The notes: generated by a model not told the origin, from the sequence alone. A DNA stretch of 64,000 bases from Bacteroidia bacterium (GCA_965279035.1 OZ257142.1:1472001-1536000); one strand, 5' to 3'. Shown: positions 43,021-53,652, numbered from the stretch's first letter. Numbers and translations: made by a program.

Positions 43021-43851
43021 TTAAGGATTACAGATATAACAATACATTGGATCCGCTTTTTCTCCCTTCAAATTTACTGCTTCTTCTTTTTCAAATTCAC
43101 ATGTTATACATGTATGTATTTTTGATTTTGTTTGATTACTTGGTGTTCCACATTGAGAGCATGGCATACCGGTTTTTACTCGAGTAACAGCAAAGCCTGG
43201 TGCATCACACATTGGACATAAGCTGTTTATTTTCACAATTAATTCCTTACAAACCGCTTCAATGGATTTCATTCGTGTAGGATTATGAAAGGCTCTCATA
43301 TCAGTTTCTATAAGTACTTTTCCTTCAGTCTTTTTTATTTGCTTAACCAATTTAATAATTTCAATTTCATCGTGGAGTCCTTTAACTATTTTGGAAGATG
43401 ATTTTAATATAATTCCATGACTTGGAAATTGTACTTGTTTTAAGAAATTAAATAACTCACTTTCAGATTGAATTTCTTCTGATGCATAATTGGTATTGGT
43501 GCTAATAATTCGAGCACTTATCTCCCACTTGTTTTTTTTATCAATTAGTAAAAGTATTTCTTCATTTGATGGAATAAAAAAGTAGTTAGGATGTGGTCCA
43601 AATGAACCTTCACTAGCTATTCCTAGATCACAGTTTGTCAAATTCATTGCTTATAAGCATTTTTCTCTGGCTATATTTAACGGTGAGTTTTTTCGTTCTA
43701 TTTCACCGCTGAATGTCCCAAACACATCTGAATCAAATCCCTCAGGGAGAAAGCATTTCACTTGTAAATTTTGTTCTAAAATTGGGGCAATTACTTTCTC
43801 CTTATGATGCATAGTCGCAATCACTAAGTGACGGTTTTTAAATGCAAACAT
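43021..43851 (-). pseudogene. DUF6671-like protein (C-terminal Zn-finger) interrupted by an in-frame TAA at 43653-43651
   Basis: IATMHHKEKVIAP...FGTFSGEIER...KCL*AMNLTNCDLGIASEGSFGPHP in one frame; ETDMRA..NPTRM; four CxxC pairs. Confidence 0.75.
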
Positions 43852-44153
43852 TATTTCTTGACTATATTTACTTCAGCCTGAAGTTCAATATTACCATTCG
43901 ATTTTTCAATCTCCTTTCGAATCTCAAACAAATCTTTTTGTAAAGTCTGAATGCGTTTTTCTCTCATTTTTATGTCTTCTTCATTCAACTGATGATTGAT
44001 TTTGCTTTCATGAAATCTAATTTTTACATGAATCATCTCAGTTAATATTTGCAAGGCATCTTTTGAGCTAAAATGACCTTTAATCAACTGTTTTGTAAAG
44101 GTTTTCTTATTGTCCTTGTCCTGCAGAATAAGCTGCTTTTCCTTCAAATTCAT
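43851..44153 (-). CDS. Small coiled-coil hypothetical protein; start uncertain
   Basis: QLIKGHFSSKDALQIL...KIRFHE...KRIQTLQ; nearest ATG lies inside the icd 3' end. Confidence 0.55.
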   Translation of the reverse strand: MNLKEKQLILQDKDNKKTFTKQLIKGHFSSKDALQILTEMIHVKIRFHESKINHQLNEEDIKMREKRIQTLQKDLFEIRKEIEKSNGNIELQAEVNIVKK

Positions 44154-45546
44154 ATAGATTCTCGGTTTTAATGGTGTCAATATTTTTCTTAAATGCATGT
44201 TGAAGAATATCAATGATTGATTCTTTACTAATGTTTAATGTATTATTGGAAACAAAGCGGCATCTCCAGTGATCGGTACAGAATGTTTCTTTAAATCCTT
44301 CTGGCCACACTTTTATTCCACGATTCGTAATCATCGATAGATGTAATTCCTGATTGTTTAATTCTGAAATCTTACCAGCTAATTCATCCGGATTAGTTCC
44401 GCCCCAATGCACAAATACATCAACACCTTTCAATTCTTTTTTAGCTGATTTCTGCCTTGTATATATTGGTAATTCAAGTTTTCCTTTTGACGAATAGTGC
44501 ACTGGTTGGAAAGTCTGTGGTTTTTTTCCTAAGTTTTTAATAACAGCTTTAGCAAACTCGAGTGTTCCAACTTGTTCGCGGCTAATTCCTTCTTTGAAAA
44601 TATCATATGTATGAATGCCATCCTCCAAAGTTTTAAGCCAAGCATTTTGAATATTCTCAGCGATTTCATTTTGTCCAATATGATTTAACATCAAAATGGC
44701 ACCTTGTAATAAGCCTGAAGGATTCGCTTTATTTTGTCCGGCTCTTCTCGGTGCTGAACCATGAATAGCTTCGAACATTGCGCATTCTTCTCCTATATTT
44801 GACGAACCTGCTAAACCTACCGACCCCGCTATTTGTGCTGCTACATCAGACAAAACATCTCCATATAAATTAGGCATTACAATCACATCAAATAATTCTG
44901 GAGTATCTGCCATTTTAGCTGCACCGATATCAATAATCCAATGCTCATTTTCTATTTCTGGATATTCCAATGCTATTTCATCAAATACTTTGTGAAACAA
45001 ACCATCTGTTTGCTTCATGATATTGTCTTTGGTAAAACACGTCACCTTTTTACGCTTGTAATGTTTCGCATATTCAAAGGCATATCGGACAATTTTTTCA
45101 CAACCAGGTCGACTAATTAACTTTAGACATTGAACAACTTCATCTGTTTGTTGATGTTCAATTCCTGCATATAAATCTTCTTCATTTTCACGTATGATTA
45201 CCAAATCCATTTTTGGATGTTTGGTTTCTACGAATGGATGTAAACTCATGCACGGACGCACATTGGCGTATAGTCCCAAGAATTTGCGAGTTGTAACGTT
45301 TAAGCTTTTATATCCTCCACCTTGAGGTGTGGTAATGGGTGCTTTTAAAAAGATTTTATTTTTACGAATGATATCCCATGATTCTTTTGATATTCCTGAA
45401 GTATTTCCTGCGAGATATACTTTTTCACCCACTTCTATTTCATCCCATTCGATTTTTGCACCTGCTGCAATTAATATATTCAATGTGGCATCCATTATTT
45501 CAGGACCAATGCCATCACCTTTTGCAATTGTAATTCGAGTTATCAT
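44107..45546 (-). CDS. icd: Isocitrate dehydrogenase, long form with C-terminal extension
   Basis: GDGIGPEI, KAPITTPQGGGYKSLNVT, IIRENEEDLY, KDNIMK, NLYGD, FEAIHGSAP; tail MITNRG...DHWRCRF. Confidence 0.92.
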   Translation of the reverse strand: MITRITIAKGDGIGPEIMDATLNILIAAGAKIEWDEIEVGEKVYLAGNTSGISKESWDIIRKNKIFLKAPITTPQGGGYKSLNVTTRKFLGLYANVRPCMSLHPFVETKHPKMDLVIIRENEEDLYAGIEHQQTDEVVQCLKLISRPGCEKIVRYAFEYAKHYKRKKVTCFTKDNIMKQTDGLFHKVFDEIALEYPEIENEHWIIDIGAAKMADTPELFDVIVMPNLYGDVLSDVAAQIAGSVGLAGSSNIGEECAMFEAIHGSAPRRAGQNKANPSGLLQGAILMLNHIGQNEIAENIQNAWLKTLEDGIHTYDIFKEGISREQVGTLEFAKAVIKNLGKKPQTFQPVHYSSKGKLELPIYTRQKSAKKELKGVDVFVHWGGTNPDELAGKISELNNQELHLSMITNRGIKVWPEGFKETFCTDHWRCRFVSNNTLNISKESIIDILQHAFKKNIDTIKTENLYEFEGKAAYSAGQGQ

Positions 45547-45665
45547 GCAGATTTATTTTTCCGCAAAACTCAAAAGATTCAATCATTAATTTTAATTTTT
45601 TGATTTTATAAATAGGATAAAAAGAATTTATATTTCGCATTCTTAAGCCTATCAATTCAAGCCAT

Positions 45666-47377
45666 TCATTCAAAATAAACTTGAAATATTCTGCTAATTA
45701 TCCCTTGATTTTCGGTCTGTAATTCTATTATATATAATCCGTTTTTCAATTGAGGGATTTCAATTGAAAAGGATGAATCTTTGTTTAATAAATTGGAAGA
45801 AATTAATTTCCCATCAATCGAATAAATCATCCATTTCAGAATTTTGATTGATTGATCTAATTCTATTTTCAGTTGATTTTGTGCTGGTTGAGGAAATAGT
45901 TTGAAATCATTTTTAGGATGATTAACTGTGTTTGTCATAAGTGGAAATTTCTCTCTAGTTGCTAAAGGAACATAGGAAATATTCTCTTTTAAAATTAAAT
46001 ACAATGGAATGTTAAAACCTCGATCACCAAGTGTATTAAAAACGCCACTATTCCAGATGGCCCAAGCAGCATCAAACCAATTACTATGTGTTTCATTTTC
46101 ATAACGAGCAATTTTCCAACACGCTAGTAAAATAGAATGAGGTGTATCAACCCAGCCGGTTTGGTTTGTTGACATTACTCCACGTTGAAGTATTTCATTT
46201 GCCAGATTATCGGTGACTAACACTGCATAGGGCTTATATTGAGCAGCTAAAGCTATATCACCACGGTCGCGAAAAGCCACGTATGCTTCGGTCAATGCCC
46301 AAGCAATCATACTTTGATACCAAGGTTGAGCATTGTGTGCATCCCAATTTCGACCTGCCACTTGTGCTGATGGATATAAACTAGAAAATGCAATAGAGCT
46401 AGTCATGTTATCTACCAAACCATTGGTATCCCAATCGGTTAAAATGCCTGGACAGAGATTTCGATCGAGCCGGTCAATCAATGCGGCTTTAAAATCGGCT
46501 CTTCCAGTCCATGCATAGAGTTGTGATAATGCCCAAACGAGTTTAGCTGAGTAATTATGATTGGTTACTAATGGATGTTGAATGCACCATTCAGCGCCAA
46601 GAACAGCTGCATCACGGTAACGTTGTTTAATGATTGGATCTGTTTGTTGAATGGCGTTTTCAACTAAAAAAGCGATAGCCCAACCTTGATCGTAACCTGC
46701 TCCACCAATATCACCCAGGATAGTTCCATTTTGGATGATATGATCATTAACGGCGAACTGTTTTCACTGTAGATTCCAGCAGTATATGTGATACAATAGG
46801 ATGGAACTGAATCACAGAAAATAGAAACGCCATTACCAACAATACCACTGAGTTGACAAGGATCGCCGCTTAATCCGTTATAATATCCAAACATTCCGGC
46901 GTAGGTAGCTAATGGTTCGGGGGCATGTTGAGCAGAATATTGCTGTGCTTCGAGCATATTGCCCATTTGTTCTAATGAAGATATATTGCTGTAATATCCT
47001 GCCAACCGCGCGTATAAAGCTGCTAATCCATAACGGGGCATGCCTCGTGCTGGTTCGGGACAGGCAATGGTATATGCTTCTAATGTTGGGCGGTATCCAG
47101 TATTCCACACATTGGCAATACTGCTTAGAGAAGGTTCAGTTGTATTTGGAGTAGTAAATGGACCGTATTCAATTTGAGGACAGCCTAAGGAGATTCCACG
47201 CGTTTCTTTTGCTTGTCGAATGGCAGATTCTACATCACTAACAGTACCATTCAACATTTGTTGTTGGATGTTTGCTCGATCTGAATTGCTACCATAATCG
47301 TTGCCACAAGGTGCTATTACTTGAGCAATGGTGGGAGTTGTTAAGTATATAAGTAGGAATAGGATACTGTTTTTCAC
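45666..47377 (-). pseudogene. T9SS-secreted helical (alpha/alpha-barrel-like) protein split by a 1-nt frameshift near 46765
   Basis: 5' ORF has a signal peptide; after tac agt g the alternative frame reads KQFAVNDH...GGAGYDQGW...NHNYSAKL...LIDRLDRNL with no stop into the 45666..46481 ORF, which ends in a LFPQP...GLY sorting domain. Confidence 0.78.
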
Positions 47378-47618
47378 GTTATTATTTTGATAGCACAATT
47401 TAATGAAATTTTGAAAAGCGTTTTTTTAGAATGTAAAAATGAAAGAAGATTACACTTCTATTGATTTGTGATTTAGAAAGAATTTTATAAAAATATATGA
47501 TTTAAGTGTAAGAAATAAAATACTGATAAAGTATACTTTGTGTGCTATTAAATTTTAATACAGATTAATTCATAAAAGCCTCTAATTAAAGGAGATTGTG
47601 AATTATAATTATTTATTT

Positions 47619-49979
47619 ATGGTTAAATACACGAAAAGGATTTGGAAAATCTTTCGGATAATTATTATTACAATTGGGTTAACACTATTTTTTACTATTC
47701 TATTTATTTCTCCTATTGCAAAGTTTCTAATTGAGAAATATGATGTAGAAATTATTGGAAGACAAATCACTTTGGATTGGGTAATTGTGAATCCTTTTTC
47801 TGGTTCAATTCAGTTGAATGGTTTAAGTGTATTTGAAAATAAAAGCGATGAATTGTTTTTATCGGCTGATGAGCTTTTGGTTGATTTTAGTTTAGTGAAG
47901 CTAATTCATGGAGAATACGAAATAACTGAATTAAACATAAATCAATTAATTGGGAATGTTATAAAGAATGATTCACTCTTTAATTTTGATGATATTATTG
48001 ATAGATTTAAGACAGATACGATAGAATCTAAAGCCAAAGAGCCAATTCATTTTAGTATATTAAATATTCAGATTAAAAAAAGTCAACTCATTTATCGTGA
48101 TTTATTAACCCCAGTTCATTATTCTATTAAAGAACTTTCGATGGAATCTCCTGGATTTCATTGGAATGAACAAACGATACAATCGACATTTTCATTTATT
48201 TCAGGTGAAAGCAAAGGAAATATGAATGGTGCGTTTACAATTAATTATGATAAACTAGATTATTTATTAGATATTAAAATTGAAGATTTTGATTTATTAA
48301 TTTTAGAACAGTATTTAAGTGCTTTAACGAATTATGGAAATTATTCTGCCATGCTTGAAGCCAATCTCAGGGTAACTGGTAATTTTAAAATGGCTGAGAA
48401 TGTTAGTTTTATTGGTGATATTGCATTAAATGATTTTCATTTTGGAAAGGATATTCAAAATGATTATGCTTCATTTAAGAAACTTTCATTATCGATTGAT
48501 GAATTGAGCCCCTTAAAGAAAGTGTATCTTTTTGATTCAGTCATACTCGATACTCCCTACTTCAAGTTCGAACGTTATGATTATCTCGACAATTTGCAGT
48601 ATATGTTTGCAGATGAAAAATTAGTTGAAAAGAAAGTGAACAGTGAAGAGTTCAACTTAGTCATTACTATTGGGAACTATATTCGGGATTTATCGATGAA
48701 TTTCTTAAAAAGTAATTATAGAGTTAATAAGTTGTTAATTGAAAATGGGAACCTTAAATTCAATGATTATTCGATTAATGAGAAATTTTCCATTGGAATA
48801 GAACCTCTAACAGTAGAAGCCGATTCAGTAAATAAGAAGAATAAGGTAGTAAAAATAGATTTTAAATCTGGAATAAAACCATTTGGAAGTTCAGTTGTTT
48901 CTTTGGAAATAAATCCAAGAGACAGTTCTGATTTTAGGCTACATTACGCTATTGACCATTTACCAATCTCTTTGTTCAATCCTTATTTTGTAAGCTATAC
49001 TTCGTATCCCTTTGATCGTGGTACACTTTCGCTCAATGGGAATTGGAATGTAAATAATGGGAAAATTGTTAGTAATAATCATTTATTACTAATCGATCCA
49101 CGCATTTCAAAACGTATTAAACGAAATTCAGTTAGCAAAATCCCGCTTCCCATTATAATGGCTTTTATTAAAGAAAGAGGAAATGTAATTGATTATGAGA
49201 TTCCGATAACGGGAAATTTAAATACACCTTCTTATGATTTTTGGGATGTTATTTTCGATTTAATTGGAAATGTATTTATTAAACCAGCAACAACTCCTTA
49301 TCGGATTAAAGTTCGTAATGCAGAATCGGAAATTGAGAATTCTATGTCGATTAAATGGGCCTTAACAGTTACAGAAATTAATAAATCGGAAAAGAAGTTC
49401 ATTCGACATTTATCTCATTTTTTAAAGGATAATCCAAGTATTAAGATTCGTATTCGACCTATGATTTATACCGACAAGGAAAATGAATATTTGTTATTAT
49501 ACAAAGCAAAGAAGATGTTTTATTTATCGAATAAACAAATGACAAAGGATCTGTTTTCTGAATCCGATTCATTTACTGTTGATAAAATCAACTCAAAAGA
49601 CAGCTTGTTTGTTCAATACCTTAAAAGTCATATTCATAAAAAGAAGATTCATACTGTCCAGGAAATGTGTTCATTATTAATATCCCCCCAAGTCCTGCAA
49701 AGTGATTTTTCCAAAATGAATAGGCGAAGAAAAAAGGTGTTTTTGGAACAATTCCAACAGGACGAAGTGATGAATCAAATTGAATTTTTGAATGATAAAT
49801 CGGTTATTCCTTATAATGGATATTCGTATTATGAGATTGATTTTAAAGGTGAACTTCCCTTAACTTTAGTTGAAGCATATAAACACATTCGCAATGTAGA
49901 TGATGAAAAGCCAAGAATCAACTATCTGAAAGATCGTATTTCTATTAAGAAAATTCTTAAAGTAAATAAGAGCAAATAA
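47619..49979 (+). CDS. DUF748 (AsmA-like) domain protein
   Basis: N-terminal TM anchor; IGRQI...NPFSG; FNFDDII; FNPY...YPFDRGTL; IDYEIPITGNLNTP. Confidence 0.8.
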   Translation: MVKYTKRIWKIFRIIIITIGLTLFFTILFISPIAKFLIEKYDVEIIGRQITLDWVIVNPFSGSIQLNGLSVFENKSDELFLSADELLVDFSLVKLIHGEYEITELNINQLIGNVIKNDSLFNFDDIIDRFKTDTIESKAKEPIHFSILNIQIKKSQLIYRDLLTPVHYSIKELSMESPGFHWNEQTIQSTFSFISGESKGNMNGAFTINYDKLDYLLDIKIEDFDLLILEQYLSALTNYGNYSAMLEANLRVTGNFKMAENVSFIGDIALNDFHFGKDIQNDYASFKKLSLSIDELSPLKKVYLFDSVILDTPYFKFERYDYLDNLQYMFADEKLVEKKVNSEEFNLVITIGNYIRDLSMNFLKSNYRVNKLLIENGNLKFNDYSINEKFSIGIEPLTVEADSVNKKNKVVKIDFKSGIKPFGSSVVSLEINPRDSSDFRLHYAIDHLPISLFNPYFVSYTSYPFDRGTLSLNGNWNVNNGKIVSNNHLLLIDPRISKRIKRNSVSKIPLPIIMAFIKERGNVIDYEIPITGNLNTPSYDFWDVIFDLIGNVFIKPATTPYRIKVRNAESEIENSMSIKWALTVTEINKSEKKFIRHLSHFLKDNPSIKIRIRPMIYTDKENEYLLLYKAKKMFYLSNKQMTKDLFSESDSFTVDKINSKDSLFVQYLKSHIHKKKIHTVQEMCSLLISPQVLQSDFSKMNRRRKKVFLEQFQQDEVMNQIEFLNDKSVIPYNGYSYYEIDFKGELPLTLVEAYKHIRNVDDEKPRINYLKDRISIKKILKVNKSK

Positions 49980-50412
49980 GTGCTGGTTGTTTAAATCTTT
50001 GAAAGATGTTTATGAAAAGTTTGTCATTGGGCTTTATGAGTGAAATAATAATAATAAGATATTACCTGTTGTGCGGTTGAATTATAAATTTATTTTTTTC
50101 ATATCAATCAATGAAATAAGGCTGTAAATGCTTCTTGTCAAATATCATTCATGTTTGTCTACGACGTATTAATTCTTGTCTTGACACAAGAAAGTAATCA
50201 ACGGCGAAGCCCTCATGAGTTCCTTAAAAAATAAACACTAACGAATAAAGAAGGTCAAGTTTGGACGAAGCTGCTTACGCTCAAGGCCTTTTTTCGACCA
50301 TTGTGCTTAGATAAGCTTTTATCTCATCTATGTCGAAACACACCCTCGCCGCCCAGACATAGCCATCGCACTGATCCGTTTCAAAACCTAATTTTAATTT
50401 TAAATAATTTTA

Positions 50413-51379
50413 TTGAATTAGTAGTTTAGTCAATATTGATTTCTTTAATAATTTAGGGCAATCAAAAGATACAATATGAATGCACAATTTAAAAGCCTTT
50501 CATTATTTGATTTTCAGGCTCAGTTTCCAAATGAAGAAAGTTGCTACGCATATTTGGCAAATTTGAAATGGTCAAATGGTTATTCCTGTCGACGATGTAA
50601 GAACAAAAACTTTTGTAAAGGCGTTAGTCTTTACGAGCGGCAATGCACTGTTTGCAGGCATTTAGAATCGCCAACATCTGGAACACTGTTTCACAAATGT
50701 AAATTTTCAATTCTGAAGGCTTTTTATATTGTTTTCTATGTATCAACTAGCAAGAAAGGAATAAGCAGTACTGAGCTAAGTAGAAAGCTTGATTTGGGGC
50801 AGAAGACTTGTTGGTTGTTTAAACAAAAGGTTATGAATGCAATGAAAAGCAGTAAGAAAAATCCAATGAAAGGGAAAGTTGATGTTGATGAAACATATGT
50901 TGGAGGACAAGATGATAAATCCATTGGAAGAAATGAAGGAAAGAAAAAAGTTGTAGTTCTAGCCATTGAAAAGAAATCAAGAGGTGTATCAAGATTCTAT
51001 GGAAAAGTTGTGGCGACAGCTAACAGAAAGAATTTGAGTGAATTTATGAGGGATCATATTGCTCCCAATGCGAATGTTAGAACTGATAAATGGGCTGGAT
51101 ATAAAGGCTTGGAGTCTGAATTTCCGAACCTAATTCAAGAAAAGTCTGAGAAGAAAGGAAGGAATTTTAAAGAACTCCATCGAACAATAATGATGTTTAA
51201 AGCTTGGCTTAGAGGTGTCCATCATTCTGTTAGACATTTACAGCCTTATATTGATGAGTATACATATCGATTTAACAGGCATAAAATGAATGAAGGAATC
51301 TTCGAAAATCTAATGATGAGAATGGTAAAAGCAGAACCATATACTTATAAAATGATTATTGCTTAAATGACTAATTCAA
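50413..51379 (+). mobile_element. IS1595-family insertion sequence
   Basis: TIRs ttgaattagtagttta/taaatgactaattcaa; flanking direct repeat taatttta (50405-50412, 51380-51387). Confidence 0.92.
50476..51366 (+). CDS. IS1595-family DDE transposase
   Basis: Zn ribbon CRRC..CTVC, SGTLFH, KKGISS, VDVDETYVGG, RTDKW, YIDEYTYRFNR. Confidence 0.93.
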   Translation: MNAQFKSLSLFDFQAQFPNEESCYAYLANLKWSNGYSCRRCKNKNFCKGVSLYERQCTVCRHLESPTSGTLFHKCKFSILKAFYIVFYVSTSKKGISSTELSRKLDLGQKTCWLFKQKVMNAMKSSKKNPMKGKVDVDETYVGGQDDKSIGRNEGKKKVVVLAIEKKSRGVSRFYGKVVATANRKNLSEFMRDHIAPNANVRTDKWAGYKGLESEFPNLIQEKSEKKGRNFKELHRTIMMFKAWLRGVHHSVRHLQPYIDEYTYRFNRHKMNEGIFENLMMRMVKAEPYTYKMIIA

Positions 51380-51502
51380 TAATTTTATTTAAAGGCATTA
51401 CATAAGTATTGATTATTGAAGTAAGCGATAAATATTGTTGAAGGATAATTCTAATTTTTAACCGCACATAGGGTAGGTAGTTAATAATTCAATTTTATTC
51501 AT

Positions 51503-52186
51503 TTAGAAAAGAACACTACCTGTTAATCCAAATGAATTCCTCATTGTTTTAATATTGACAGAGGCTTTATCATATTCATTCCAAGCAGTCCAATAAAGTG
51601 AATAGTAGGGTGAGATTATAATATGATTCTTCAATTGAACTATATATCCTACTTTCATTCGTATTCCAAAATTAGTAATTGTGCTATAGCGATTATATTT
51701 TTCATTTAATAAATTATATGTAGAACCTTGTCCCATTAAATAAGTCGATACATAGCCAGAAATATGTTCATTTAATAAATGGGAATACTCAAATCCAAAT
51801 TGACAACGAAAATTATTTTTAATGATGCGAAAAGGGTAGAGTGTAAGGCCAAGAATTGATTTATTAATATTTACTTGTGAGTCTGAACCTCCGGGTAATC
51901 CACTATAACTTGCTCTGAAGTTTGCGTTATATTGATCAAAATTTAGGGCTAGATCAATTCTTAACCAATCGATTCGAATGCTATCCATTCCAAGTTCGAT
52001 TGAATATCCAGGCGAGGTTCTTAATCTTTTGAAACCTACTTCCTCGTCTTGATTTCCAACATAGATATGGTTAAAGTTGGCTCCAACACTTAAATTAATA
52101 TTTCTTCCTCTTGAAATTTGTGAGTAACATGGAACTACTAAAAAAGAGCTGAATATTATTAATATGAAGAATATCTGGTATTTCAT
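51503..52186 (-). CDS. Outer-membrane beta-barrel (PorT/porin-like) protein
   Basis: Signal peptide; amphipathic strands; terminal Phe. Confidence 0.6.
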   Translation of the reverse strand: MKYQIFFILIIFSSFLVVPCYSQISRGRNINLSVGANFNHIYVGNQDEEVGFKRLRTSPGYSIELGMDSIRIDWLRIDLALNFDQYNANFRASYSGLPGGSDSQVNINKSILGLTLYPFRIIKNNFRCQFGFEYSHLLNEHISGYVSTYLMGQGSTYNLLNEKYNRYSTITNFGIRMKVGYIVQLKNHIIISPYYSLYWTAWNEYDKASVNIKTMRNSFGLTGSVLF

Positions 52187-52253
52187 ATTCGAATGAATTA
52201 ATGTAGACGATTATCAAATGTAGTAAAAGAATGAACTAGTTTAGCATTCTGTT

Positions 52254-52311
52254 GCGGCAGGGATAGAGCGGAAAGCCCTACTGGACTTGAAGCGAAAGCC
52301 CGCTCGGCCGC
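52254..52311 (+). ncRNA. Minimal Flavo-1-like structured repeat (copy D)
   Basis: Outer stem gcggc/gccgc, inner gggatagagc/gcgaaagccc; GC-rich island in an AT-rich spacer. Confidence 0.5.
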
Positions 52312-52324
52312 CGTAAAAATAAAT

Positions 52325-53194
52325 TTAATTGGAAGGTTCAACATGAATAATAACATGACCTAATTGTGGAATTGTATTTCGTAAATGATCTTTTAGTTGA
52401 TGAGCTAAAGTATGTCCTTCATTGACACTGATTTTACCATTTACCAATGCATGAAGTTCTATATGGTATTGCATGCCTGCTTTGCGAATGAAGCATTTTT
52501 CAGTTCCTACTATTCCATTCACTTTAAGCGATTGTAAACGAATTTCCTTCTTTAAATCTTCATTCAAATGTTCATCCATTATTTCACCTAAAGCTGGACG
52601 GAATATTTTATAACTATTCCAAAGGATAAAACCTGATGCAAAAAGAGCAGCCCAATCGTCGGCCGATTCATTGCCTTTTCCCATAATTAAAGCAATGGAA
52701 ATGCCTATGAATGCTGCAACAGAAGTAATAGCATCGCTACGATGATGCCAAGCGTCTGCTTTCAGTGAACTGCTATTTGTTTCGCGGCTTTTACGAATAA
52801 CCAATTGATAGGAAATTTCTTTCCAAAGAATAATTCCTCCTATAATCCAAAGTGTAAATGGTTCCGGTAATTCATGCGGAGTGCCAATATTCACAATGCT
52901 TTCGTGTGCAATATAAAATGCCGAACTAATTAGAAACCCAACAACTAAAAAGGTAATTAAAGGCTCGATTCGACCATGTCCGTAAGGATGATTTTCATCG
53001 GCTGGACGAGCTGCATATTTGAGTCCGAATAAAACGAGTACGGATGAAAAAATATCCGTAGTTGATTCAATAGCATCAGCAACTAATGCATACGAATTCC
53101 CGAAATAACCACCTGCGCCTTTAATGACGGCCATTGCTGTATTTCCTATAATACTGAACCAGGTTGTTCGAATAGCGGTTTCTTGATGCGACAT
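52325..53194 (-). CDS. Cation diffusion facilitator (FieF-like)
   Basis: SYALVADAIESTTD, PADENHPYGHGRIE, ADAWHHRSD, IHVEP. Confidence 0.92.
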   Translation of the reverse strand: MSHQETAIRTTWFSIIGNTAMAVIKGAGGYFGNSYALVADAIESTTDIFSSVLVLFGLKYAARPADENHPYGHGRIEPLITFLVVGFLISSAFYIAHESIVNIGTPHELPEPFTLWIIGGIILWKEISYQLVIRKSRETNSSSLKADAWHHRSDAITSVAAFIGISIALIMGKGNESADDWAALFASGFILWNSYKIFRPALGEIMDEHLNEDLKKEIRLQSLKVNGIVGTEKCFIRKAGMQYHIELHALVNGKISVNEGHTLAHQLKDHLRNTIPQLGHVIIHVEPSN

Positions 53195-53229
53195 TGGGAG
53201 AATTGAACCGCTTGCAAGTTAAGGAAGAA

Positions 53230-53625
53230 TTAGTCTTGCTTTTTTGTAAATAAAAGTATGCCTATTAGGAAAGCAGTCAGTGCTGTTAATGGTGTCATGA
53301 TCCATTTTTCAGTGCTATTGAGTGAAAGCAAATTCCCCAATGTATTTAATAGAAATAATATAAATATAACCCACAGTCCAATTTTAACTGCTTTATGTGA
53401 AACATTCCACTTTAAAACACTTGCTTTAAGTAATATGATAATTAGAAACAAGATGTTTGAAATAATCGAAAATGCTTCGAAACCAATAAGTTGTTCACGA
53501 TTATGAATTCGTCCGCCCCAAACCATTTCAAATGGAATTACATTTCCTAAAACAAGGAAATGAAATACGAGGGCAGCACTAAAAAGTACTATTAGAATGG
53601 TTGATGCAATTCGTGTTGGTGTCAT
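53230..53625 (-). CDS. Four-TM hypothetical membrane protein
   Basis: VWGGR, LNTLGNL, hydrophobic helices. Confidence 0.7.
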   Translation of the reverse strand: MTPTRIASTILIVLFSAALVFHFLVLGNVIPFEMVWGGRIHNREQLIGFEAFSIISNILFLIIILLKASVLKWNVSHKAVKIGLWVIFILFLLNTLGNLLSLNSTEKWIMTPLTALTAFLIGILLFTKKQD

Positions 53626-53652
53626 TTCTTAAATTAATTTAATACTTACCCA

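Larger units (their letters stand above)
50069..51468. mobile_element. MITE-like element copy 1, interrupted by IS1595 and a 47-bp insert
   Basis: Colinear with 53653-54033 once the inserts are removed; termini tgtgcggtt/aaccgcaca. Confidence 0.75.

Noticed and set aside
43651-43653. Programmed readthrough (Sec/Pyl) or alternative genetic code
   Set aside because: The codon is TAA, which ends many normal genes in this window
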